Shown: piece by piece, positions 9,485 through 19,288 of the stretch
Layout of the letters: every line of letters starts with the position of its first letter
How positions within the stretch are numbered: position 1 is the first letter of the stretch
NCBI GenBank assembly: GCA_963701855.1
Contig: CAVPBK010000004.1
Coordinates: 288,001-352,000 of the forward strand
Direction of reading: 5' to 3'
DNA: 64,000 nucleotides
From: Nitrospirota bacterium
Lineage (GTDB): Bacteria; Nitrospirota; Nitrospiria; Nitrospirales; Nitrospiraceae
Notes under the pieces: generated by a model
Database searches by the model: none
What the model saw: only the letters and a program-made list of their open reading frames with translations
Told to the model about the DNA's origin: nothing
Position numbers and translations under genes: made by a program

Positions 9485-10495
9485 TCATACGTGGGAGTAA
9501 TGCTTGAGAGACTTCGAGAGTTGGTCGATCATAATCTTTACTAACTTAGGAGGACTGAGCACCTTCGCTTCTTTTCCCCACGACAGTACCCACCAAGCAA
9601 TCTCATCCAATCCACCGGCATGAAAGCTAACTTCCACCGATCCATTTTTGAGCTTCTTAGTGCGCTGGCTAGGATGCCACTGACGTTCTTGCATGAAATG
9701 GGTGACTTCCTTGCTGAACACAATTGTCACTTCCTGCGGTAGTTCTTCGATTAGCCCGAACTGTTGGGCATACCGATCAGTGGAGAAATAGGCGGCAGGG
9801 ATCTCAAAGCGATCTTCGGTCAATGTGACCTGTTTCATCCGGTCCACCGCAAAAAGACGCTCTTCCCCGGAGCGGTGGGAATACCCTTGCACATAGAGGC
9901 CGTGGTCGTACAGCACAAGGGCATAGGGATCAACGCGGTAGATCAATGCCTTATTTGCACCTGGTTTCTTATAAGTCAGGTCTACAGTGAGTTGTAGCAG
10001 TAGCGCAATGCGAAGCTGCCGCAGCAGATCATTCTTTTCGACGTACGCCCGCGTCCCTCGCTGAAGCGGCGCAAACACCTGGACAATTCGTTCTAGATGA
10101 TTCGCGGTTTTCGCGGGCAACGATGCCGCCACTTTCGCAATAACTGCATCCAGGTCTTGCATGAATGGCGTGTTCTTCAGATGACTGAGATTCGATCGAG
10201 CCATCTGAAGGGACATGAGTTCATATCGGGTCAGCGTGATCGGTGGGAGACCCTTGTATCCAAGCGGCAATTGCCATTGTTTTTCACCGGCATCATCCGA
10301 GGAAGTCAGTGGATGACCTTCTGCTTCAATTTCCTCTAAATCTCGACGTACCTGCCTGGAACTGACGTTGAAGTCTTGGGCAAGATCTTTGATGGTCACG
10401 CCTCGGCTGGCCAGAGTTCTCATCATGCGAGCGAGGCGATCTGCCTGAGTATAGACCCCGCTCTTGCGCCCTCTCGATTTGTGCCGGTTATCCAT
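9485..10495 (-). CDS. HTH-WYL-WCX transcriptional regulator (PafB/C, DriD-like)
   Basis: N-terminal wHTH (DLAQDFNVSSRQVRRDL), WYL (YRVDPYAL..GLYVQGY..RLFAVDRM), WCX (WWVLSWGKEAKVLSP). Confidence 0.93.
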   Translation of the reverse strand: MDNRHKSRGRKSGVYTQADRLARMMRTLASRGVTIKDLAQDFNVSSRQVRRDLEEIEAEGHPLTSSDDAGEKQWQLPLGYKGLPPITLTRYELMSLQMARSNLSHLKNTPFMQDLDAVIAKVAASLPAKTANHLERIVQVFAPLQRGTRAYVEKNDLLRQLRIALLLQLTVDLTYKKPGANKALIYRVDPYALVLYDHGLYVQGYSHRSGEERLFAVDRMKQVTLTEDRFEIPAAYFSTDRYAQQFGLIEELPQEVTIVFSKEVTHFMQERQWHPSQRTKKLKNGSVEVSFHAGGLDEIAWWVLSWGKEAKVLSPPKLVKIMIDQLSKSLKHYSHV

Positions 10496-10499
10496 CGTC

Positions 10500-11756
10500 T
10501 CAGAGTCCCGGTCTCGATTCCGCTACGACACTGAGTTCCAGCGGAGAACCGGCGCGCCTGATATCGAGTTTCAATGCCTGCCCCGCTTCGACCCGGCATA
10601 GTCGTTTGGCCTCGCGATCGGAGGTGACGGTCGCCAGGGCGATGCCGTTACAGGCGAGGACTCTATCACCTACCTTGAGGCCAGCCTTGTCAGCAGGCAG
10701 GCCGCCACGAAGTTCCCGCACGAGGTAGTATCGCGCGCCGGCTGATTCTTGTAACTCCCAATTGACGCCGATCCGTCCGGACCCGAGCAACCCGGTTTGC
10801 GATCCAAACCGAGAGAGAATGCGATTCGCAATGACGCGGGCCAAGCCTTCGGGATCGTCAGCCGTGGCGTCAGAGCCGTATCCTTCCCCGTTGAATAACA
10901 CCGCACCGCTCTCCACATCGATCATCCGTAAGGCCAGTGACACGCGGCTGTTCTGTTCTCCCTCGGTTCGCTCCCATTGTTGCACTTCACCCACCACAAT
11001 GGCCTGCGCACCGACAAGTTTCCCGACTTTCAGCACCTCGGTATCGTCAGCATGCTGCAGTTGGACAACCTGCTCCTTGAACACTTCGTCGAGTTCGGTT
11101 CGCTCGACCACATTGACGTCCAAGTCCAACATCAAGGTCGTCACCATCCCAGCCACACGCGACCCAGACCCCGGTACACCCGGCGCATCATCAAACAGCA
11201 TAACGGCCATCGTCCGGTAGCGATCGATCGTGTCACGATTGATTGGACCGGAGCCGGCCACCATCGGCTCCGGTCGTCCACGCATCCCGCCGGACCCTAG
11301 AGCGGCAGTGCCTGACGAGGCACAGGCGCGGCGCCGCTGTAGAATGGCAGCAGGTGTGCCCCAGGCGCAGAGTTCATCATTCACCAGCACGACGTGGTGT
11401 GGATATTCGCGTTCATGTTCTGCGGCAATGTTGGTGAAGGGATAGAAAATGCAGCCGCCGATCCAGATCGAGATCGGGCAGAGTGCCAACTCATAGAACC
11501 ACTGTTTGCGGGCCGTAAGGGAATACTCCCAGACCAGCAGACGGCCATCGTCACGCAACACACGATCCGGACGGCCGATCTGTTCGATCACCTCAGCCTT
11601 CGACATCGGCACAGCCAGCCGATCCAGCTTGGACTCCGACTTCACAATCGTGTAGGCAACCCCACAAGCTGTAAATGTGCTGGCCAGGCCAACGATCACG
11701 AGTGTGCGAATGAGAATGGACCACTGGTTGGAAGGAACCGTATGCTGCTTCGGCAT
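10500..11756 (-). CDS. Lipoprotein with SmpA/BamE-like, CsgG/HfaB-like and PDZ domains
   Basis: Lipobox FTAC; MSKAEVIEQIGRPD; VVERTELDEVFKEQ..VGKLVGAQAIVVGEV; PADKAGLKVGDRVL. Confidence 0.75.
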   Translation of the reverse strand: MPKQHTVPSNQWSILIRTLVIVGLASTFTACGVAYTIVKSESKLDRLAVPMSKAEVIEQIGRPDRVLRDDGRLLVWEYSLTARKQWFYELALCPISIWIGGCIFYPFTNIAAEHEREYPHHVVLVNDELCAWGTPAAILQRRRACASSGTAALGSGGMRGRPEPMVAGSGPINRDTIDRYRTMAVMLFDDAPGVPGSGSRVAGMVTTLMLDLDVNVVERTELDEVFKEQVVQLQHADDTEVLKVGKLVGAQAIVVGEVQQWERTEGEQNSRVSLALRMIDVESGAVLFNGEGYGSDATADDPEGLARVIANRILSRFGSQTGLLGSGRIGVNWELQESAGARYYLVRELRGGLPADKAGLKVGDRVLACNGIALATVTSDREAKRLCRVEAGQALKLDIRRAGSPLELSVVAESRPGL

Positions 11757-11818
11757 CGCTGCAAGCGTAACACTCTGGAAGCGAGGGCTGCAACGCAGAG
11801 AGACGGGGTGGACAGGGA

Positions 11819-12379
11819 TCAGTTCAAAGAAGGGTCGAACGGCATATCCGCATAATGGCGATAGTCGTCACCTAGGGTACTCACGATGTCTGGCCAAATA
11901 CGTGTGGGATCCTTTTCGAACACCACGCTGGGATCTGCGGGAATGGTAATCCAGGAACCCGTTTGCATTTCAGACTCCAGTTGACCTGGGCCCCATCCGG
12001 AATATCCGATATAGGCGCGAAAGGCCTCTCGCCCCTCACGGGTGGTCAATATTCGATCGACGAGGTCTGTATCACCACCGAGACAGATTCCATCGAAGAC
12101 ATGATGTGAATTCTCAGGCAGTTGGTCCAATCGATACAACATCATCACCTGGTTCGTTTGCACCGGTCCTCCGGAAAAGAGGACGTGCCGCTGGCCTTCG
12201 AGGATCGGCACTTGAGGTAAGGCCTCAGAAACCGACATCGCCGTCGGGCGATTGACAACGACACCCAGCGCACCTTCGGCCCCGTGCTCGCAGAGCAATA
12301 CGACTGTCTGCCGAAAATTCGGATCGCGCAAGGACGGCGCTGCGATGAGAAAAATGCCTTTCCCGAGTGGGGCCTTCAT
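11819..12379 (-). CDS. YqgE/AlgH (UPF0301) family protein
   Basis: DPNFRQTVVLLCEH, GGPV, GYSGWGPGQLESE. Confidence 0.92.
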   Translation of the reverse strand: MKAPLGKGIFLIAAPSLRDPNFRQTVVLLCEHGAEGALGVVVNRPTAMSVSEALPQVPILEGQRHVLFSGGPVQTNQVMMLYRLDQLPENSHHVFDGICLGGDTDLVDRILTTREGREAFRAYIGYSGWGPGQLESEMQTGSWITIPADPSVVFEKDPTRIWPDIVSTLGDDYRHYADMPFDPSLN

Positions 12380-12431
12380 GTCTCAATCCTACCGCGTGGG
12401 CCGATGACGTGCAAGCGAGACTCGCGAGATT

Positions 12432-12512
12432 GGTTGCTCTGGTTTGTTTGGTCTATTTGGTTTGTTTGGTCGAACTAGATGAACCAAATGATCAAAACAA
12501 ACCAGAACAACC
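12432..12512. repeat. Hairpin built from degenerate 9-nt tandem units
   Basis: Units such as TGGTTTGTT/TGGTCTATT followed by mirrored AACCAAATG/AACCAGAAC units. Confidence 0.7.
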
Positions 12513-12519
12513 AGCCGGA

Positions 12520-13314
12520 TTACCTATAGAGGGATTCGCGTCGATCGCGAAGTAGATCGTTGTAGCGCGTGAGAGCTTTGTTTCTCGCGTCGGCAGGATC
12601 GATCTCGACGATGCAGAGTTCTTCCTGGTCCCGCGGCGCACGATGCAGAATCGCCCCATTGGGAGCGACGATTTCACTGTTCCCAATAAACGTCAGCTGA
12701 TCTTTGCCGCCTCGCGCTTCGTTCCCTGTGCGATTACACGTAATCGCGAACACTCGATTTTCCAGGCACCGAACCGGCATGGAATCCGGGCAATTAGGCA
12801 ACACGAGGTTCGACGGGTGGCAGATGATCTCTGCTTCCTTGAGCGCCAACGTGCGAGCCGCCTCCGGATAGTACCAGTCAAAACAGATCATCACGCCGAT
12901 CTTAGCTGGTCCGATATCCCACACCTGAAATCCCGTGTCGCCTGGCGTAAAAAACAGCGTTTCCTCAAAAAATAGATGGGTCTTGCGATAACACCCAATA
13001 AACCCGGATGGGCCAACAACCACGGCGGAGTTATAGCAGGCAGAACCGGCACGTTCCGGAAGACCAGCGACGATCGTCATTCTGCGACGCTTTGCAAGGT
13101 CGATCAGCCGTTGTGTAGTCGGTCCACTCGGCACCGACTCTGACAGTCCGATGACTTCTTCCTGCGACAGGAACTGATACCCGGACGCACACAACTCAGG
13201 CAACACGATCAGATCGGCATCAGCCCGGTCGAGTGATTCCACAATCTTATCGAGATTGTGCGACACCTGGCCAAACCGTGGAGCGAACTGAAAAAACCCG
13301 ACACGCATGATCAT
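12520..13314 (-). CDS. Carbon-nitrogen hydrolase (nitrilase superfamily)
   Basis: LPEL, YRKTHL, ICFDWYYPE (E-K-C triad). Confidence 0.92.
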   Translation of the reverse strand: MIMRVGFFQFAPRFGQVSHNLDKIVESLDRADADLIVLPELCASGYQFLSQEEVIGLSESVPSGPTTQRLIDLAKRRRMTIVAGLPERAGSACYNSAVVVGPSGFIGCYRKTHLFFEETLFFTPGDTGFQVWDIGPAKIGVMICFDWYYPEAARTLALKEAEIICHPSNLVLPNCPDSMPVRCLENRVFAITCNRTGNEARGGKDQLTFIGNSEIVAPNGAILHRAPRDQEELCIVEIDPADARNKALTRYNDLLRDRRESLYR

Positions 13315-13330
13315 CTGTCCCCAGAATAAA

Positions 13331-13354
13331 ACGGGCAGGGTCGACCCTGCCCGT
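13331..13354 (-). terminator. Intrinsic terminator after smbP
   Basis: ACGGGCAGGG-TCGA-CCCTGCCCGT followed by TTTATT on the minus strand. Confidence 0.7.
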
Positions 13355-13380
13355 CCAAGAAAAATCTCTGACCGAATGGC

Positions 13381-13728
13381 TTACTTCACTTCGGACAAAT
13401 GGGTGACTGCGCCTTCGGCATGTTGGGTGGCCACATCGGCGTGACCGGCCTTGCCATGGGCAACGCATTCCTTGAGATGCGTGACCCCTTCAGCCAGATG
13501 CGGATTCTTCATATCACCAGCCATGGCATGCTTGAGTGCTTCCTCACAATGCTTCACCAGAACATCGGCATGCCCTTGTTTGCCGTGCGCCACGGCTTCT
13601 TTGGCATGTTCCAATGATTCACTCACATGCTTGTCAGCAGCAAGGGCGAATCCGCTGAAAAGCGGGAAACCAACAAGCGCGGCAACCGCCGCCACAGCTA
13701 TTACTCCACGATGGATTCTCATTTTCAT
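13381..13728 (-). CDS. smbP: Small metal-binding protein SmbP
   Basis: Signal peptide plus His-heptad repeats (EHAKEAVAHGKQGHADVLVKH..HGKAGHADVATQHAEGAVTHL). Confidence 0.85.
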   Translation of the reverse strand: MKMRIHRGVIAVAAVAALVGFPLFSGFALAADKHVSESLEHAKEAVAHGKQGHADVLVKHCEEALKHAMAGDMKNPHLAEGVTHLKECVAHGKAGHADVATQHAEGAVTHLSEVK

Positions 13729-13855
13729 GGATTCCTCCTCAATGGTTAACATTCGTTAGGCTGGCGAATGATGCACACATAACCATCTATTTTCATTATC
13801 ATTCCCACCCTCCTTCCCCCGGCGCTCATCACTTTACATGGCCACTTTTCCACTG

Positions 13856-14734
13856 TCAAGAAGGCCTTATTTGTGGATCGACGTTCAGGATGTGCTGCAA
13901 TCCCTTGGCATCTTTTTCTACCGGACAGGCAAAATCACGACTCCACTCCCACCAAGATCCAGGATAGTTTCGGACCTTTGGATACCCGGCGAGTTTGAGG
14001 ACAAAATACAGCCAAGCTGAACGAAGGCCGCCAGTGCAATAACAGATGACCTCTTGATCCTGGCTGAGATCTTTCTCGGCAAGAGTTTTGCCGATCGCCT
14101 GCAGATCTTTTACCGTGGCATTCGCGTGAAGAAATCCATTCCAAGCCAGATGAATGGCAGAGGGAATGTGCCCGGGCCGCGGTATCCCCGACATCTCTTT
14201 CCCAAGATATTCTTCGAGGCTACGCGCATCAACGATCACGGTGCCAGGATGCGGCTGCTTCACGAGATGCTTCAGTTCGTCTTTGCCTGCGATCACGGCG
14301 GTCACCGGCTTGACGACGAAGGTCCCCGGCTTAGGCGTCACGCCCCCGTGCTCGAACGGCCGTTTTTCCTGCACCCACTTAACCCACCCGCCGTCGAGAA
14401 TACGCAGACGTGTATGTCCGAGATATTCCAACATCCAGAACATGCGGCCTTCGTCCCCCCAATTGTCGAACGGATTGGAATAGATGACCACATCGCTGTC
14501 CTGACTGATGCCCAAGGCACGGATCTTTTGTTCCATGCGTCCGCGATCAGGATCGAGCAATCCCTTCGGCACGGCATTTGGATCGCTGTATTCATGCCAT
14601 GTCGAATGCACCGCCCCCGGAATATGGCCGCCGAATTCGTAGGCTGCTCGCCCTCGCACATCGAGAACCACCAGGCCAGGCTGTCCCAAGCTCTGCTGAA
14701 GCGTTTCGGTATCGATCAGCAACGCGTGTGTCAT
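13856..14734 (-). CDS. Tandem rhodanese sulfurtransferase
   Basis: GHIPGA, ILDGGW, YCTGGLRS, YPGSWWEW. Confidence 0.92.
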   Translation of the reverse strand: MTHALLIDTETLQQSLGQPGLVVLDVRGRAAYEFGGHIPGAVHSTWHEYSDPNAVPKGLLDPDRGRMEQKIRALGISQDSDVVIYSNPFDNWGDEGRMFWMLEYLGHTRLRILDGGWVKWVQEKRPFEHGGVTPKPGTFVVKPVTAVIAGKDELKHLVKQPHPGTVIVDARSLEEYLGKEMSGIPRPGHIPSAIHLAWNGFLHANATVKDLQAIGKTLAEKDLSQDQEVICYCTGGLRSAWLYFVLKLAGYPKVRNYPGSWWEWSRDFACPVEKDAKGLQHILNVDPQIRPS

Positions 14735-14807
14735 GTCGTTCCTTGTGTGGTGTGAGCTGTCAACGATCCGACCTGGACCCAACCGAGAAGAATGTTGACA
14801 GAGCCCT

Positions 14808-15752
14808 TCATGCAGCTAAGAGGGCCTGAATATGACGATCAACCGAGTCCGCCAGCGCGGTGAGATTATACCCGCCTTCGAGCGACGAGAGCATGCGTCC
14901 GCCGGCATGGCGTTTGGCAATGCCGGCCACGATGCCGGTAAGGTCCGCGTAACCATTTTCCGTCAACCCCATGCTCGCGAGTGGATCGTCCTTGTGCGCA
15001 TCGAAGCCGGCTGAGATAATGATGAATTCTGGTTTGAACGCATCGGCAGCCGGCACCAGCGATTTCTGAAAGACGTCACGATACTCCTCATCTCCTTCAC
15101 CCGCTTCCATCGGCACATTGATCGTGAACCCTTCCCCTGCTCCCCGTCCCCGCTCTGATTCTCGTCCCGTTCCCGGATAGTGCGGGTATTGATGCGTGCT
15201 GAAGAAGAGCACGGAGGGATCGTCCTCGAAACTGTGCTGCGTGCCGTTCCCATGGTGCACGTCCCAATCGACAATCAATACACGCTTAAGGCCATGCTTC
15301 TTCTGCACATAGCGCGCGGCAATCGCCACATTGTTGAAGAGACAGAAACCCATCGCGCGCCCCGCTTCAGCATGATGCCCCGGCGGCCTCACCGCACAGA
15401 ATACATGGTCCACTTGCCGGCGCAAGATCGCATCGACAGCGGCCAATGCCCCGCCAGCTGCTAAATAGGCGGCGGTCAATGAGCCGGGAGACATGGAAGT
15501 GTCAGGATCGAGCGAGACCCGCCCGCTCGCCGGCGCGTGACTCTTCAGCATCGCAAGATACGAAGATGTATGGACCTGCGTAATCCATTCGTCTTCAGCC
15601 TCTCGCGGCTCAATCTTGGTCAGCCGGGCCGCCGTACCACTCTGCTCCAGCTGCTGCATGATGGCACGCAGCCGATTGGGAGACTCTGGGTGCCCTGCCC
15701 CCATGTCATGGTCAAAATAGCGTGGATCGTAGACGAGTCCTGTTTTGCCCAT
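14808..15752 (-). CDS. Histone deacetylase-family amidohydrolase
   Basis: HPESPNRL, RPPGHHA, DWDVHHGNGTQ, SAGFDAH, LEGGY. Confidence 0.95.
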   Translation of the reverse strand: MGKTGLVYDPRYFDHDMGAGHPESPNRLRAIMQQLEQSGTAARLTKIEPREAEDEWITQVHTSSYLAMLKSHAPASGRVSLDPDTSMSPGSLTAAYLAAGGALAAVDAILRRQVDHVFCAVRPPGHHAEAGRAMGFCLFNNVAIAARYVQKKHGLKRVLIVDWDVHHGNGTQHSFEDDPSVLFFSTHQYPHYPGTGRESERGRGAGEGFTINVPMEAGEGDEEYRDVFQKSLVPAADAFKPEFIIISAGFDAHKDDPLASMGLTENGYADLTGIVAGIAKRHAGGRMLSSLEGGYNLTALADSVDRHIQALLAA

Positions 15753-15775
15753 AAATGCTCCAGCTCACTTGCCTA

Positions 15776-15899
15776 GCAGGACGCTCAAAATGGTTGCCCT
15801 GCGAAGCCGCAGCGAGCGAGATGTCAAGGCATTCTTTTCAGTACGTTGAGGCGTTGAGCGACTCGAGAACAACGCTGGCAGACTTTTTCAGCGTCCTGC
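15776..15899. mobile_element. MITE-like element
   Basis: Terminal inverted repeats GCAGGACGCTCAAAA / TTTTTCAGCGTCCTGC; body similar to 53201-53367. Confidence 0.7.
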
Positions 15900-15978
15900 C
15901 GAATTCAGATTAGCATGCAAGAAAGACCATAGACAACGAGCGCGCCCACTGTTATCGTCTATCGAACTGGAGAAAGAG

Positions 15979-16296
15979 ATGCAAAATCGACGAATCGAAC
16001 CGCTCAAGAAAGTCCTGACGATCGATCCGAACGACGAGGTGGCCTGGTTTGGTCTCGGGAAGGCCTACATGGAAGATGCGAACTTCGAAGAAGCAGCCAA
16101 GGCCCTGCAGCAATGCATCACAGTGAAGCCCACCTACTCAGCCGCCTACTATGCCTGGGCCCAATCACTGCACAAGCTGGGTCGAATCGACGAGTGCCGA
16201 ACCGTCTGCACCACCGGCATCGATGTCTCCACAAAAAACGGTGACGCGATGGTGACGAAGAATTTCGAACTCCTCAAAAGCTCGCTGCCTACTTAA
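15979..16296 (+). CDS. Small TPR protein
   Basis: DPNDEVAWFGLGKAY, SAAYYAWAQSL. Confidence 0.8.
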   Translation: MQNRRIEPLKKVLTIDPNDEVAWFGLGKAYMEDANFEEAAKALQQCITVKPTYSAAYYAWAQSLHKLGRIDECRTVCTTGIDVSTKNGDAMVTKNFELLKSSLPT

Positions 16297-16397
16297 GAAC
16301 TGACACTTCACTGATCGGCCCCAGCGAAACGAGGTAGGGATCTAATCTGTCCAGTCATGCCTTTCTCGCATGTCTCGCGCTTCACGAACGACGTTCG

Positions 16398-16736
16398 TTA
16401 GACCGGCTCCGCTCCTTTGTCATCGTCATCGTCATCAGCTGTAAGACCGAGGACTTCCGGCTGGCGCTTGGCGATTTCTTCGTACACTTCATCGAACCAG
16501 CGGCTCGCGCAGCCGAGGATCTCCCTGACCAACGGTTCCGTTTGACCCGTTCGCTTGATAGTCCATTGGCAGACATATTCCAACAGCACGTTCCGCTCAA
16601 AACGCTCCGACGATTGAGTGGCCAACAAAGTCATTTCACTCAGCCCCGTCTTGAGAATCTCGGCCACTGTGTCCCGCCCATAAGACGTACTGGCTGTGAC
16701 ATATTGGACTGCCCGGTTGAGTTCTTGATCGGTCAT
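16398..16736 (-). CDS. Hypothetical protein with acidic tail
   Basis: 112 aa, GGGG RBS-like sequence, divergent from pepF. Confidence 0.65.
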   Translation of the reverse strand: MTDQELNRAVQYVTASTSYGRDTVAEILKTGLSEMTLLATQSSERFERNVLLEYVCQWTIKRTGQTEPLVREILGCASRWFDEVYEEIAKRQPEVLGLTADDDDDDKGAEPV

Positions 16737-16907
16737 GAAGTTTCCCCGTTACGCTTCGCGCATCATACCGAAAATGCCACCGCAGATGGAAGATTCTCCC
16801 GGAGCTAGTGAAAAACTCTGCGACCTCATTGACGGGAATGGTATGATCATGGCCGGACAAGGCCAGCCTGCATGATGCATGAGGGCGAGACGAAGGAGAT
16901 ATGACTT

Positions 16908-18731
16908 ATGCCCGTGAAGACCAACCGAAGCATTTCGACCCGACGCAACGCCTCCTCCGCTAAGCGACAGAAACTCACCAATTCGGAACACTGGGACCTC
17001 TCCCACTTGGCAGAGAAACCAGTTGAGCGGTTCGAGACCCTGCTGGGAGAGATCGAATTCAAGGTGGCTCAATTTGAATCTGCGCGTACACAGCTCAGTC
17101 CGACCATGGCAACTTCCATCTTCCACTCACTACTGACGCTCAGCGAAGACATCGTGGCTGCGTCGTCCCGGCTCAGCGCCTATGCCTACCTCTGGTTCTC
17201 CGAAAACACCAAAGACCTCGCCGCTCGTTCGTTTAAAACTAAGGTCGAGGAGCGGCTCACAACACTCCAGAACCGATTGGTGTTTTTCGACCTGTGGTGG
17301 CAGAGCGTCGACGAAAACAATGCGCGCCGGCTCATGACCGGAACCGGCACGCTCCGATATCACCTCGAAACCATCCGACGATTTCAGCCTCACACGCTGT
17401 CTGAACCGGAAGAAAAGATCGTCAATATTAAGAACATCACAGGTCGTAGCGCAGTTCATTCGCTCTACGACGTCGTGACGAACGCCTTGCCGTTCACGCT
17501 CACCGTCAACGGCAAGCGGAAGACGATGACGCGTGAGGAACTGACGTCCTATCTCCGCCATGCGCAAGGACGGCTGCGTGAGGCCGCTTATCGCGAACTA
17601 TATCGCGTCTATGCCGATCAACACGATCTGCTGGGTGAAATTTACAAGACCTTGGTCAACGACTGGAAAGCGGAGAATCTCCAACTGCGCCGGTTCGCCT
17701 CCCCGATTGCCACCCGCAACCTCGGAAACGACATTCCAGATGAAGCCGTGGCCTCCCTCTTAAAAGTCTGTCAGAAAAATGCGGGCATCTTTCAGCATTA
17801 CTTCCGCATCAAGGCTCGCCTTTGCAAGATCAAGCCGATGAGCCGCTATCACATCTATGCACCGCATCGCACAGCACAGAAATCCTATCGCTATCAAGAT
17901 GCCGTCCGAATGGTGCTGGAGGCCTATCGAGGATTCTCTCCGCAATTAGCTGACTTGGCAGAACGAGTAGTTCATGAACGCCATATCGATGCGCGAACGA
18001 GGCCAGGAAAAATCGGGGGAGCCTATTGTTACAGCGTCGTCCCCAAAATGACCCCCTACGTTCTGCTGAACTTCACCGGCGAGGCACGCGATATCGCGAC
18101 GATGGCCCATGAGCTCGGTCATGCCGTCCACGGCATGCTGGCAGCGAAACATTCCATGTTTACCTTCCATTCCACCCTCCCGCTGGCGGAAACAGCGTCA
18201 GTGTTCGGAGAACGAATCCTATCCGATGCCCTCATGAACCAGGAACGAGACAAGAAGGTGAGACAGGGACTCCTGCTCAACCAACTGGATGACATCTACG
18301 CCACGGTCCTCCGGCAAGCCTATTTCGTCCAATTTGAGAATCAGGCCCATGAAATGATCGCCCAGGGCGCAACCGTGAAGGATCTGGCTAAAACCTATCT
18401 TGCCGAGGTGCGGCAACAGTTTGGAAAAGGAATCAAGGTCCCGGATGAGTTCCAATGGGAATGGCTGACCATTCCACACATCTTTGCCAGCCCTTTCTAT
18501 TGTTACGCCTATAGTTTCGGCAACTTATTGGTCCTGGCCCTCTACCAGATGTATCAGAAAGAAGGGGTATCGTTCGTGCCCAAATATCTGGATCTGCTGA
18601 GTACCGGCGGGTCAGAGTCACCGCAGACGATTCTCGCTAAAGTCGGAGTCGATATGGCGTCTGAAGATTTTTGGCAATCGGGGTTCGATACGATCCGTGA
18701 GATGGTCGATCAGCTAGAGCATACACTGTAG
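16908..18731 (+). CDS. pepF: M3B oligoendopeptidase F
   Basis: WDLS, GKIGGAYC, HELGHAVH, AETASVF, FYCYAYSFG. Confidence 0.92.
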   Translation: MPVKTNRSISTRRNASSAKRQKLTNSEHWDLSHLAEKPVERFETLLGEIEFKVAQFESARTQLSPTMATSIFHSLLTLSEDIVAASSRLSAYAYLWFSENTKDLAARSFKTKVEERLTTLQNRLVFFDLWWQSVDENNARRLMTGTGTLRYHLETIRRFQPHTLSEPEEKIVNIKNITGRSAVHSLYDVVTNALPFTLTVNGKRKTMTREELTSYLRHAQGRLREAAYRELYRVYADQHDLLGEIYKTLVNDWKAENLQLRRFASPIATRNLGNDIPDEAVASLLKVCQKNAGIFQHYFRIKARLCKIKPMSRYHIYAPHRTAQKSYRYQDAVRMVLEAYRGFSPQLADLAERVVHERHIDARTRPGKIGGAYCYSVVPKMTPYVLLNFTGEARDIATMAHELGHAVHGMLAAKHSMFTFHSTLPLAETASVFGERILSDALMNQERDKKVRQGLLLNQLDDIYATVLRQAYFVQFENQAHEMIAQGATVKDLAKTYLAEVRQQFGKGIKVPDEFQWEWLTIPHIFASPFYCYAYSFGNLLVLALYQMYQKEGVSFVPKYLDLLSTGGSESPQTILAKVGVDMASEDFWQSGFDTIREMVDQLEHTL

Positions 18732-18770
18732 AGCCGAGCCACCCTGCCCCCTGCACCTGCTACGCCCCAC

Positions 18771-18823
18771 TTGACAGATGGAAAGGGCGGGAGTATATTT
18801 ACATCAGTTGATAACAGTTATCA
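18771..18823 (+). promoter_or_regulatory. Sigma70 promoter with Fur box
   Basis: TTGACA(18771)-N17-TATATT(18794); perfect 7-1-7 TGATAAC-A-GTTATCA at 18809-18823. Confidence 0.8.
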
Positions 18824-18865
18824 TAATCGTTTCAGTCGAGTGAGACACGGCTCGACGATACGGGA

Positions 18866-19081
18866 ATGCAGCCCATGTATCTTTGCCTTTGCAAGGGAAT
18901 TACTGAATCAGATGTCCGTGAAGCAGGACAAGCCGGTATTGTCATGCCCTGCCAACTCAAGGCGAAGTTCGGATTGAAAGACGCAGGATGCTGCGGTCGC
19001 TGCTCAAAGAATATTCAAGAGTTTGCGCAAGTCGCAATGAGTGTCCACCAAACGCCCTCCCCCAACAGCGTGCGGAGCTAA
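18866..19081 (+). CDS. bfd: Bacterioferritin-associated ferredoxin (BFD-like 2Fe-2S)
   Basis: MYLCLCKGITESDVR...CCGRC; Fur box upstream. Confidence 0.85.
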   Translation: MQPMYLCLCKGITESDVREAGQAGIVMPCQLKAKFGLKDAGCCGRCSKNIQEFAQVAMSVHQTPSPNSVRS

Positions 19082-19288
19082 TCAGAGCTAAATCTTTCTC
19101 CCCAATCTGCCCTCCCTGCAAGACTACTTCAACACAGATCCACCCGCCCTTGATGAGGACAATCTCGCCTCTTCACGCGTGCAGAAATGGCGCCACACTG
19201 ACTAGTGGAGAGTTGAAAACTAATTTCGACCTAGAGTGATACTGGTCTGGAGGAAGTTCCTGTCGGCCCCAGCAGGGCCAGCAGCCTG

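Noticed and set aside
12432..12512. CRISPR array
   Set aside because: Degenerate 9-nt units with no unique spacers; no cas genes in the window.
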